Origin: Lama glama
Lineage: Eukaryota
Assembly (NCBI GenBank): GCA_028534125.1
Contig: CM052832.1
Span: 8,496,001-8,556,000, forward strand
DNA: 60,000 bases
Direction: 5' to 3'
In this document: piece by piece, positions 48,886-60,000 of the stretch
Numbering within the stretch: the first letter of the stretch is position 1
Layout of the letters: every line of letters begins with the position of its first letter
Program-made: the position numbers and the translations under genes
The notes under the pieces: model-generated
Seen by the model: the letters and a program-made list of their open reading frames with translations, nothing else
Database searches by the model: none
What the model was told of the DNA's origin: nothing

Positions 48886-49730
48886 GTAAGCCCTGGACTC
48901 TGGTCATGTAGCCACTGAGACCTGCTGAGTTTGTGTACATTTCTCTGTAAACCCATCCCTAATTATACGTCACATAAAGGGAAACTAGGAACTTTAGATT
49001 TGCTTAGGGTAAGTGTTAGTATAAGTATCCTGGAGTTGGTGTCTTCCTCTCCTACTTAGTGGAATTAAAAATGCAGATATTTAACACAACCTGGCAAATC
49101 AACTATACTTCAATTTAAAAACAAAACAATACAAATATATTCCCTCAGAATGAGTAGTTCTCTTCCATATGGGTGACCAAGTCTTCCCTGTCAGTGTATG
49201 CCTCTTTACTATGTGATGTTCTTAACCACCACTGCCAAATGATGTGCCTAGTATTGAGAGAAGCCAGATCAAACCCCAGTCTTTTTCGGAGGGCTTCTGT
49301 AAGAAATTTAGTACTAGAAATTTAGATAACAAATTTAACCCGAAATTTCTTCTCTGAACACATAGCAGTTACTTGTCTGTCTTTCTGTCCACCCCTCCCC
49401 CATATATAGATGTATAAAAAGCAAACTGATCTTTGTCCATGAAGATACTGTAGAACTTGTAGAAAAAAAAATAATTGATGCTTTTCACAACTGTGGAGTG
49501 GGAAAGTGCAGTTACCCAAATTTTCAAGAAAAAAACCACCTTCTGCCCAAGTTGCCTTGCTTGTTCAGGCAAAAGAAGAGCATTACAACTAAATTACTAA
49601 GCGCCAGTCTTACAGGCCCCTGACTTTCCTGGGGATGTCTTCATCCTCTTTTCACCTTGCTTGAGTGACCCACCATTCCCTGAAAATCCAACCTCCGCCA
49701 CCTCTGGTGTTTTTTCTTTGTGAAATGCAG

Positions 49731-49930
49731 CCCAATTTTGACATGCTGTATAGCCATGTGAAGCAGCTCCTCTCCAATGAGCTGCTCCTGACACAGATGG
49801 AGAAGTGTGCCCTCATGGAAGCCCTGGTTCTCATCAGCAACCAGTTCAAGAACTACGAGCGTCAGAAGGTGTTCCTAGAGGAGCTGATGGCACCCGTGGC
49901 CGGTATCTGGCTTTCTGAAGACATGCACAG
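49731..49930 (+). CDS. XPO5: Exportin-5, exon 18
   Basis: atgcag|PNFDMLYSHVKQLLSNELLLTQMEKCALMEALVLISNQFKNYERQKVFLEELMAPVAGIWLSEDMHR|gtagag. Confidence 0.96.
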
Positions 49931-50497
49931 GTAGAGGAGACCCTGTGCCCTTGGAATTCACTGCACTTAAGTACCCATTCTGTTCCGGCAGCTGTGCCCA
50001 AGGTTGGGGTGTAAGGATATCGAGGTGTAATGGCAGTGCTATCTGAAGGTCTTGTGGGGTGAATTGTGGAAAATATCACCTTGCTCTACAGAGGTGTGGG
50101 AATGGAGAAGAAATGAGTGAAAATGGAGAGTATGTGTCAGGAGGCCACAGCCTGAGGTTTGCTGTGGTGTCTGGGTGCAGCACCAGCACATGTAAAATGA
50201 GCGCAGCCAGGAGGGGCCCTGCCTGGTGGGAGCTGCACAGATGCCCAGCTGGGCCCACAGAGCATTCTCAGGCTTGCGTCCTTTTTGATTCTTAAAGCGT
50301 TGCTGATAACATTTAGAAGTGGGAAGAGAAGTTTAATAAACCTTCACATGACAGCCGACAATTAATATGATTAGACTCCTCTCACTGTAACTACTCCTCT
50401 TTGGGGGTCAAATAATCACAGCTTATTAGCTTTTGTGGAAGAAACTGTCTTTGCTGAAAATCATGGTGTAACTTGTCTTTCCCCCACCAACCTTCAG

Positions 50498-50597
50498 AGT
50501 GCTATCAGACGTTGATGCTTTTATAGCCTATGTGGGTGCAGATCGGAAGAGCTGTGACCCTGGCCTGGAGGATCCCTGTGGCTTAAACCGTGCACGA
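50498..50597 (+). CDS. XPO5: Exportin-5, exon 19
   Basis: cttcag|VLSDVDAFIAYVGADRKSCDPGLEDPCGLNRAR|gtgagt. Confidence 0.95.
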
Positions 50598-51429
50598 GTG
50601 AGTAAACCTGTCCTGGGGATGGGAAGTTGCATTGGCCGCGGGTAGTTGGGTGTTGTCATTGATTAAGTTTCTTGTAAGTTTATGTTTTTTCTGTATGAGT
50701 GAGAAATCTGGGAGTCTCCACTTCCTCAAGTGTCTCCTTTCTTTTCTTTGTGAGTCTTGAATTCTTGAGTTCTCATAGCAGAGCAGGTGGTCTTTTCTGT
50801 GAGGTCAATTTTTTGACTTTAAGGATCTCTCAGTAGCTCAGAGGACTGCAGGTGTAGTGAGGAAGTCGGTCAGAACTTGGTCAGCAGGGCGACTTCTCCC
50901 TGCCTTTGCTCTCTGGCATGCAAATCCTAAATATTGGCCTGACTTGGCAAACCTGAGATTTTTTCGGTTCTTTGCTGTTCAAACAAGCATTGTTTCCGGC
51001 TCCGTTATGGCAAGTCTTACTAACCTGGCAAGTGGTCACTTGGTTGAAAATACTGTGAGTGAGGATTAGGGCAAAATCTATGAAGGCCTAAGCTGGAGGG
51101 TGCAAGACCAACTCAAAAACAAAATGAGATGTTCACAAAGTAAATGCTGTTTTGAAGCGTGTCCAAGCCACCTTCTAACTGGAGTCCTGCACGAAGGTCA
51201 CTGGAAGGACATCCTCATGAAAGGGAAGCTTCTAGAGCCTACCGCTGGTCCTGAAGGTGGCAGTGAAACGTTCTCTCTTGGACTTGACCTTAAAGGAGGG
51301 GATTTGTGGTAGGGAATGGGGGTCTTTTCCTTCTCTGGCCTCTGTCTCCCTTTTGCCATAATCTTGTAAATATCTTTGGTCTTTTCTTCCCCTTTTATGT
51401 TTACCTTTCATTTTTATGTTTTTCTATAG

Positions 51430-51611
51430 ATGAGCTTTTGTGTGTACAGCATTCTGGGTGTTGTGAAACGAACTTGCTGGCCCACTGACCTAGAGGAGGC
51501 CAAAGCTGGGGGATTTGTGGTGGGTTATACACCCACTGGAAATCCAGTCTTCCGTAACCCCTGCACAGAACAGATTCTGAAACTTCTTGACAATTTGCTT
51601 GCCCTTATAAG
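51430..51611 (+). CDS. XPO5: Exportin-5, exon 20
   Basis: ctatag|MSFCVYSILGVVKRTCWPTDLEEAKAGGFVVGYTPTGNPVFRNPCTEQILKLLDNLLALIR|gtgagt. Confidence 0.96.
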
Positions 51612-52109
51612 GTGAGTCAGAATTTTTTTCTGTTACATTTCAATTTTTTACCTAAAAATCTTAAAAGTTTAATTTGTTTGTATTTCTTTGGCTCATATGG
51701 TGGTAACTGAGGGATTGGATTTTGTTTCTTTCTAGAGGAGTTCTCTCCTTTTTAAGAATAGCATTAGCTCTCACTTGTATAAGTCTTGCATTCCAAGTGA
51801 ACACACAGGGGCTAATCTCAAAATGGTTTTTCTCATTTGAGGCCACCTTTGTGTTCTTTTACTTCTTTACACTTCAGTCCTACCTTTTACTTTAAGTTTT
51901 ATTTGGTCTAAATTTTTGCCACTAAAGGAATTGTTCATTGGGAGCAGGATAGTTTCTTTCTGTAGTGGTGTTCCTCTGGGTTAGGTATTCAGATGAGCTA
52001 ATCTGAATTTATCGGTAGTGACTCTGATCCCAAATGGACCAAACAACTGGTGGCTGAACATGCCGAAGGCAGGCGTGATAAATGTTGCACCTCAGTGTCG
52101 TAGGTCTTT

Positions 52110-52251
52110 ACTTCTCAGACTAGCAGTAATCACCTGAGAGCTTGTTTAAAATGCAGAGTTAGAGCTCCACCCCAGACATACTAAATCAGAATCTGCATTT
52201 TAACAAGATCCCTAGGTTGTTTGTGTGCACATTAAAGATTCAGAATCACTG
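52110..52251. mobile_element. MER5A/B-like DNA transposon fossil
   Basis: atcacctgagagcttgtttaaaatgcag...aatcagaatctgcattttaacaagatccctaggt...gaatcactg. Confidence 0.75.
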
Positions 52252-53059
52252 TTCAAAATCGTGAGCTAGCATATTCAAGTGGAAGTAGGCCAAGTCTAGG
52301 CTTGCTGATTATTTAATATTTGTCTGATGATTCAGGAATGGGTGCTCTATACGGTAAAAGAGAGGACAGAATCAGTTTTTACTGGCTAAAGCGAAATTTG
52401 ATTGCTTTTCACATCTGTGTTTCTGACCAGGTTAGAGCCCTGTTCTGCTGCCTTTTGGCCTCTTGCCCAGGGTGTAAGAGCAGAGTCTCAACTGGGCAAA
52501 TCAAATCACTCATGTCTCAGATGCTTTGCTGGCAATAGACACCCTGGACCATGAGCTTGAGAATCAAAGGTTTTAAGTTAATGTTGGCCAAATTGGAGGA
52601 CTGGAGTGTCTGAAAGAGTTGTCATTGTGGATGTGTTTGTAGAAATAGACAATATTTTGTTCTGATTTCAAAAGGAGGAAAGAATAAAGAAATATGGCTT
52701 GCATGTTGAGAGGGTAGTAAAATATTTAGTCAAGGAAAGTTTGTTTCCATATTGATGTTTTTAAAACCAAAAGGTTCTCGTGTAGCTTAGAGAAATATGA
52801 AAGCAATGAAGTCAGATGGCAACAGACTCATAGACTTTATATGTGGTGAGAACCTAGACCTGGAAGCAGGGTTCATCCTTGGGCAAGGAGACAGGATGAT
52901 TGTCATCTTGATATTTTTCTGAGTTCAGTGCTTTTGGAAAATCCCAAAATCAATCAAAAGGTATTTTGAAAAATGTTGACAGTGCTCAGGGAGCAGTTAG
53001 AGTCCTTGAGTAGTGTGCAGCTGGAGCTGCTAGAGTTTTGCCTTGTTTTTCTAGTAGAT

Positions 53060-53650
53060 TTTATCTTGAAGTATAATGTAAGGGCACAAATATACACAAG
53101 AAAAGGACACAAATTCTAAGTGCGGGTAGATGAATTTTGACGAAGTGTACAGCTCCATGTAATCAGCATCACCCAGCACCTCTTCCCAGTCATTACCTGC
53201 CCCTCCAGGGCAACCATGCTTATGACTTTTAACATTTTGCCTGGTTTTTTGAACTTTAATAAATGTCATTAGAAGCATGTATTCTTTTGTGTCTTGGCTC
53301 CTCTTGCTCAGTATTATATTTGTGAGATCATCCGTGGTATTGCATGTAGTTGTAGTTTGTTTATTCTCGTATGGTATCCATTGTGTGAATATGCTGTAAC
53401 TCATTTATCCATTTAGCACTGATGGACTTTTGGGTAGTTTCCAACTTTTCTTTTTTTATTATTACAAGTAGTGCTGCTGTTAACATTCTTGTAAATGTCT
53501 TTTGGTGTATACATAATTTCTCTCAGATAGGAATAGAATCCTACATGTAGGCGTAGAATTTCTGGTTTATAAGGTGTGCATATTTTCATTTTTCATAGAC
53601 AGAAACAAATAGTTTTCTAAAGTGGTATACTAATTTACATTCCCACCGGT
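53060..53650 (-). mobile_element. Old L1 (L1M) 3' fragment
   Basis: ttgtgagatcatcc...ttcattta tcc...gatggacttttgggtagtttccaac...ctaaagtggtatactaatttacattcccacc. Confidence 0.75.
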
Positions 53651-53745
53651 TTGTGTATTAACACCTTGCTATACAACTCCTGTGTTTATAAAACTCCTAT
53701 TTTAACTCCTTATGAAAGTGATAATCAAAGGAAGTATTAAAGCTA

Positions 53746-54028
53746 CACTGCCTAGTATGGTTGCCACTAACCACATGTGGTTGCTATTGAGCACTTGAAA
53801 TATGGCTAGTCTGAGTTGAGATAAGCTGAAGCTCTAAGAGTAAAATATACAAAAAAAGAATTGAAAAATACCTCATCAGTTTTTATGTTACTAACATGTT
53901 GAAATGATTTTTTTGATGTATTGTGTTAAATAAAATACAATTAATTTAACTTACTTCTCACTTTTTAAGTTTGGCTGGCTAGAAAGTTTTAAGTAGCTTA
54001 TGTGCCATTCCTTTGATTGCTACTAGAC
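53746..54028. mobile_element. MER3/MER33-like hAT DNA transposon fossil
   Basis: gccactaaccacatgtggttgctattgagcacttgaaatatggctagt...gttaaataaaata...ggctagaaag...tagacag. Confidence 0.7.
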
Positions 54029-54419
54029 AGGATTCTTAATGGGTTAAATGGAGGATGGATGTGGGTAGCAGATTCTCTGGTTCTAAAAAGGTTCATTGTC
54101 AGCATTATGTGTATAGAGTGATAATAGCTTTTCCGTTCACTTGAAATTTGTTACACTGTTTCCATACATCTTCTGTATGTTGTACTGAAATCTGTACATG
54201 TGAAGTCTTGTTTAGCATAGCAGTTACACTCTTAGTTGGTGATACTAAGAATATTTCAGATGGGTACAGATCATACAGAACTTAAAACTTTTATTACCTG
54301 ATTGTCTTTTTCTCTGCCGAGCAATAACTAGTTCCTCTTAATGTGGAAGCACAGAGCTCCTGTTTGCAAGGTGATATTTCAGGAACTGGAAATTACTAGG
54401 GCTTGTAGGCCTCCCTGTT

Positions 54420-56695
54420 TATGCTAATCTTTCTCAAAATTTTCCCAAAAAATTGAAGGGGAGGGAACACTTCCTAACTCATTCTATGAGGCCACCGTAA
54501 CCCTGATTCAAAGCCACACAATGACACTACAAGAAAACTACAGACCAATGTCCTATTTGAACATTGATGCAAAATTCCTCAACAACACTAGCAATTCAGC
54601 AATGTATTAAAAGAACTATACACTATAACCAAGTGGGATTTATTCCTGGAATGCAAGGATGGTGCAACATACAAAAATCGATCATTGTAGTACATCGCAT
54701 CAACAAAAGGAAGGGGGAAAATACATAACCATCTGACAGCATTTGACAGAATTCAACAACATTTCATGATAAAAACACTCAACAAAATAGGAATAGAAGG
54801 CAACTACCTCAGTGTAATATAAGCTGTATGTTTTAAAAATCACAGCAGGGGAGGAGGGTAGAGTGTGTGCTTACCATGCACTAGGTCCTGGGTTCAATCC
54901 CCAGTACCTCCATTAAAATAAACAAACAAACAAGCAAACCTAATTACCTCCCCCCTAAAAACCTTTATAGTCAGTGGTGACAGTTTTTCCCCTAAGATCA
55001 GGAACAAGGCAAGGATGCCTGCTTTCACTACTAATGTTCAACATAATACTGGAAGTTCTAGCCAGAGCAGTTAGGGAAGAAAAAGAAATAAAAGGCATCC
55101 AAATTAGAAAGGAGGTAAAATTATATTTGCAGCTGGTATGATCTTATATGTAGAAAAACCCTGAAGACTCCACAAATAAGCTCTTAGAATTAATACATGA
55201 ATTCAGCAAAGTAGCAGAATATAAATCACACACACACAAATCAGTTGCATTTCTTTACACAAAAAATTAGTAATCTGAAAAGGAAATTACAAAAACAGTT
55301 TAATTTAAAGTAGCGTTAAAAAAGAATTAAATGCTTAGGAATTAAGTAATGCAGGGAGGTGAGAGACTTACACAATAAAAACTACAAAACATGGCTTAAA
55401 GAAATTAAAGACAAATTAAATAAATGGAAACACAGCCCATATTCACAGATTGGAAGATTTAATATTATTAAAATGTCACTACTACCCAAAGTGTTCTGCA
55501 GATTCTGTGGAATCTCAAGGGAACCTGAATACTCAAAACAATTTTAAAAAACAAACTGGAGGACTCCCGCTTTCTGATTTCAAAACTTACTGCAAAGCTA
55601 CAGTAACTAAAACAATGTGATGTTGATACAAAGACAGGCATACAAATCAGTGGAATAGAGTAGACAATCTAGAAATATACCTTCATATATATGGTCATAA
55701 GACTTCTGAGCAGGGTGCCGAGATCATTCAATGGGGAAAGGACAGTCTTTTCAACAAATGGGAAGACTAGATACTCACAATAGAATGAAGAGGGACTTTT
55801 ACCTAACAGCATATACAAAAATTAACTCACAATGGGTCAAGGATTTCGATGTAAGACCAAAAACATTGACTCTTAGAAGAAACCACAGAACAAAAGCTTC
55901 ACAACATTGGATTTGGCAGTGATTTCTAGATGACACCAAAGGCATATGTAACAAAAGAAAAAATAGGCAAACTGAATTTTGTGGAAATTTTTAAGATTTT
56001 GTGCATCAAAAGATACTCTCCATAGAGTAAAAAGGCAACCCACAGAATGGGAAAAATATTTGCAAATCATATATCTGACAAGAATTAATATTCAGGATAT
56101 ATAGAAACTTCCAAAACTCAACAACAAAAAAACAGTCCAATTCAAAAATGGGCAAAGGACTTGAATAGACAGTTCTCCAAATGGCCAGTAAGCACATGGA
56201 AACATGCTGAACATCACGAGTCATTAGGGAGATGCAAATCAAAAACGGCAGGAAAGAAACCAGCTCACCCCCATTAGGATGGCAGCTATTGAAAAATCGT
56301 AAAGTAAGTGTTGAGGATGGTGTGGAAAAATTGGAACTCTTGTACACCATTGGTGGGAATGTAAAATGGTACAGACATTGTGGAAAACAGTTTGGCAGTT
56401 CCTCAAAAAATTAAAGATAGAATTACCACATTAAGGAGCAATTCCAGCTCTAGGTGTGTACTCAAAAGAACTGACAGTGGGTCTTGAAGAGATATTTATG
56501 TACCAAGTTCATAGCAGCGTTATTCATAATAGCTAAAATGTGGAAGCAACCAAGAGTGTTTGTCAATGGATAAGTGAAATGTGGGCTATACAATGGAGTA
56601 TCATTCGGCCATTGAAAGGAAGGAGTTTCTGCATTATGCTACGTGGGTGAACCGTGACTGTATGCTAAGTGAAATAAGCCAGTCACAAAAAGGCA
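54420..56695 (+). mobile_element. LINE-1 ORF2 to 3' UTR fragment (sense to XPO5), interrupted by a SINE
   Basis: acacttcctaactcattctatgaggcc, caagtgggatttattcctggaatgcaaggatgg, ORF NYKTWLKEIKDKLNKWKHSPYSQIGRFNIIKMSLLPK, gctaagtgaaataagccagtcaca. Confidence 0.92.
54848..54961 (+). mobile_element. tRNA-Ala-derived SINE (Vic-1-like, internally deleted) nested in L1
   Basis: ggggaggagggtagagtgtgtgctt...ggtcctgggttcaatccccagtacctcca...cctaattacctcccc; A-box segment missing. Confidence 0.82.
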
Positions 56696-57497
56696 GTTTA
56701 AATTAGTGTATTAACGAGTGTACGTGGTTACATTTAACAAACATTATTGAGGTGTTTTGTTTTGGGGTTTTGTTTAATGAGCATGTTCTAAATTGATCTC
56801 TTCAGTGTGCATCTAAATATTTAACCTTGCTGGTCTGTTACACTCTGTAATTTTCTATGTTTGAAATGGCTTACAGTTAACTTTTAAAAGAAAAATAGGT
56901 AGTTACGCTCTCTGGCTATAGATTGCTCACTGGTGCCATTGCTGTGGGCAGGAGGACCCCTGTGGAAGGCGGGTAGATCAGGTCCGTAGTCATACAGAGC
57001 CAGTAAATGCTCGGTCAGTCATTCTGGTGAGGAGCAGGTGCACATGTTGGGGATTGCAGATGTGCCTCTAGGAGCTATTGCAGGGTCCATCCACACTCAT
57101 ATCCTAAAAATGGGGGCATATTCCTGCCTGCTGTGTGTTCCTGCCTGTGAAGCCACACTGCCTCTGACATTGCATCCTCTATTGCTACCAGTCAGAAAAC
57201 AGAGTCCCCAGGCATTGTCTCCGGTTTGGAAAAATTTTGCTTTCTAGCTTCAGACTGTGATGTTGTCCGGCTCTCTGAGGATTCAGTCCTTGTGGTTGAT
57301 TGCTGTTAGGTGTTGTATGTGCTAGGGATAAATCTACTAGCGTCAAGTCTATCCCTTTTTCCAGGGAGACATTTAAATTCTCCTACCAAGAATAGTGTTG
57401 ACAGGGAGATGTCCATGTGGAAGTCAGTATCACTGACCCATTCTTTTCTTCTGCAGCAGACTGAGAAAAGGTCACGTAGCACTCTTGTTTCTTTCAG

Positions 57498-57598
57498 AAC
57501 TCACAATACTTTATATGCACCAGAAATGCTAGCCAAAATGGCAGAACCTTTCACAAGGGCTCTGGATATGCTTGAAGCGGAAAAATCTGCTATTTTAG
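57498..57598 (+). CDS. XPO5: Exportin-5, exon 21
   Basis: tttcag|THNTLYAPEMLAKMAEPFTRALDMLEAEKSAILG|gtaaga. Confidence 0.96.
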
Positions 57599-59158
57599 GT
57601 AAGAAATGTAACCATTTTTTCCCTTAAGTTCGCCTTACTCCTAATGCAGCTTCAGTGTGCCTTGTGTCACCTTCTCTTCACCTGGCACTACCTTGAACTC
57701 CTGTTTGTTCAGGAATGCCTATGTGGAGTCCTGCAGGCTCTAAGAACAGGTGCGTTTACTTCATCGTCTTAGCCCACAGAGGTCTCCCGAAGCACACACA
57801 CGCCACCCTCCACGGTAACCCCTCCTCCACTTTAGCTGCCAGCTGGTGGTGTGTGTGTTAGAGCCTTTAGATTATAAACAAACCATAGGTCTTTGACCTA
57901 AAGGTTATGAGCATACTCTCCTGCCTTTTGTATATGGTAGGGGGGCAGGAAAGTATTAAGACAATTAAGCTTAAATAGCTTTAGTCAGTAAAATGTTATA
58001 TATATTATCAATGTTTTTTTAAAGGAATAGTCTCTAAGCCAGGTTTCCCAATTTTTACCCTGATCAGACTGCTGCTTTAACTCATTTTACCTGTTAGCAA
58101 GTACTACACAATCATAACTGACATGTGCTGTGAAGGAAAGTGACTGAGAGTGTTTATTGAGAAACCTGACCCAGTCTTGGAGAGGAGTCAGAAGATTGCC
58201 TCCCAGTGGAGACTTGGAGGATGAGCAGGGGCTCACCAGGAGCAGACAGAATGGCGGGTACAGGACCCCTGGGCACACAGCAAAGAGCTTGATGTGTCCA
58301 GGGAACAGAGAGGGTGAGTTGTGTGCTAAAACACGCACAGCAAGGCAGTTGGTTAGAGGTTAGAGCTGGACACGCCCAGAGTTGTCTGACCTTGTGTCTC
58401 TGACACTTCATGCCAGCTCACTACCCAGCACCAACAGGGTTTCTTCACCCCGCCTATAACCTCCGCCTGGGTCTAGTGAGCGTGCCCCAGCTATGACGTT
58501 AATAAAAGGAAGGGTGTTAGTTTGCCCTTCCAGAGCTCATGTCTGTCTTGGCCTAAATGTTCCTGGGACACTTCCTTGGCACCACTACACTTAAGTTCCA
58601 TGTTGCAGATACTAGTAAAAATGACCAACGAAAACATACTAGAATGCACAAGCAGTTCCCTCTGGCAGCTTCAGCCGTGAGCAAGCTTGAAGTAGAACTG
58701 CCTCTGACCAGAAGTATAGGTCTGTTAAGGCAATTGTTATACTGAGATAAGTGGTTTTCATTTTGACCTGCTACACATCTTGGGCTTTTGCATGAAATTT
58801 TGCTTGGAAAAGAGGTTCTATGACATAAAAAGGAAGGCGAGCATCCCTAGAGCGTTATGGAGTGATTATTTGGGGCTGCCATTGTGTGTTTCGGTTCAAG
58901 TTCCATCTGGAGAAACCCAGGCAAAAGTTGGATTACTCACCTGTAGTCTGAAGTCCTGGACCCTTAAGTAGCTGTGAAGACATAGTAACAATCGCCTTTA
59001 GGGAGGCTCTTAGCACCTCCAGCTGGTAGAAGACTTGGTCAGCTGCTTTGCATTTATAGCCCTCCCTCCCAGTCCCCACCCCCAAAACCACATCTGCCTG
59101 CTGGTGGGTGTTGGCAGTTTGAGACCCTTGGCAGCAGGTTCCTGACCTGTCTTTGTAG

Positions 59159-59255
59159 GATTACCTCAACCTCTCTTGGAACTGAATGACTCTCCTGTCT
59201 ACAAAACGGTCTTGGAAAGAATGCAGCGTTTCTTCTGCACCCTCTATGAAAACTG
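59159..59255 (+). CDS. XPO5: Exportin-5, exon 22 (gene continues past window)
   Basis: ttgtag|LPQPLLELNDSPVYKTVLERMQRFFCTLYENC|gtaagg. Confidence 0.95.
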
Positions 59256-59839
59256 GTAAGGACTCAGTGCTCCCGCTCCGTATTCTCCTTCTAGACATGC
59301 ACTGTGTAGGGATGGCCATAGGGTGGACTTCTGATCTAGAATTCTAGTGTACAGGTGATATGAAGAAAGAATTTGACAGGAACTAATGATTCTAATTAGT
59401 CAAATCAAAATGAACAGGCTGCTTTCCTACATTTGCTTTGTTATAATTGTCCCACGTGACTCAGTCCTGGCCATGACTTGATACTTTAACCCTCAGCCTG
59501 TTTCCAGTGCATAAAATGATGAGACCAAAGTAGAAGATAGTGATGGATGTGCATTTTCTCAGACCCCTCACTACTCATAGCTTACTTTTCATGGGACACT
59601 GGTTGGTGGCCGGCCAGATTTTATCTTCTGGATGTGGGATGGGGAGGTAACCAGCCCTTCTGTACACAGACAGCCCCAGGGCATTGGCCTCACTAACTCA
59701 GTGCTCTAATCAGCCACCTGACAAAAGATTCTCCATTGTAAATCCGTATTAGTTATGAAGCAGTGAAAGGCTACTGTTGATCTTTGGTACCAGCTTGTCT
59801 TTTAAAAGATGCTGGATTTGCTATCAAGTTTCCTTAAAA

Positions 59840-59857
59840 GTGTGTGTGTGTGTGTGT
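59840..59857. repeat. (GT)n microsatellite
   Basis: gtgtgtgtgtgtgtgtgt. Confidence 0.9.
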
Positions 59858-60000
59858 AGGGGGGCTATTTTCACTCTTCATAGACTAATTATCTTCGAAG
59901 CATACGGATTAAGCTTGAGTAAAGAGTTGCTCTTCAGGCGGAGAAGTCTTCTTATAGACCAGAAATTCCTGGGGCAGTCAAGGCTGGTGATAAGAGATAA

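Noticed and set aside
1..60000. CRISPR arrays, operons or other prokaryotic/novel multi-gene systems
   Set aside because: Sequence is intron-exon mammalian DNA largely explained by GTPBP2, POLH, XPO5 and interspersed repeats; no regularly spaced repeat array seen

Overview
Mammalian genomic DNA, very probably a camelid (camel/alpaca/vicuna), judging by six copies of a tRNA-Ala-derived SINE resembling camelid Vic-1. The window is the conserved GTPBP2-POLH-XPO5 locus. It holds the last three coding exons and 3' UTR of GTPBP2 (+, 461-~2760) and the complete POLH gene (DNA polymerase eta, -). POLH has 10 coding exons totalling 2142 nt = 713 aa + stop, all GT-AG, plus a non-coding exon 1. A CpG-island bidirectional promoter (~26.9-27.8 kb) is shared with XPO5 (exportin-5, +), whose first 22 coding exons span 27449-59255; the gene continues beyond the window. 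Introns contain L1, L2, MIR, hAT MER fossils, young SINEs, a U6/L1 chimeric retrocopy and a 500-N assembly gap. I see no wholly new gene system. The best leads are a back-to-back bidirectional poly(A) signal at the GTPBP2/POLH 3' ends, the U6/L1 chimera, a shifted XPO5 exon-14 acceptor next to a (TG)n tract, substitutions in conserved Pol eta motifs, an inverted SINE pair in the last POLH intron and a candidate GTPBP2 poison microexon. Comparisons to human/mouse proteins and repeat subfamily names are from memory and need confirmation.
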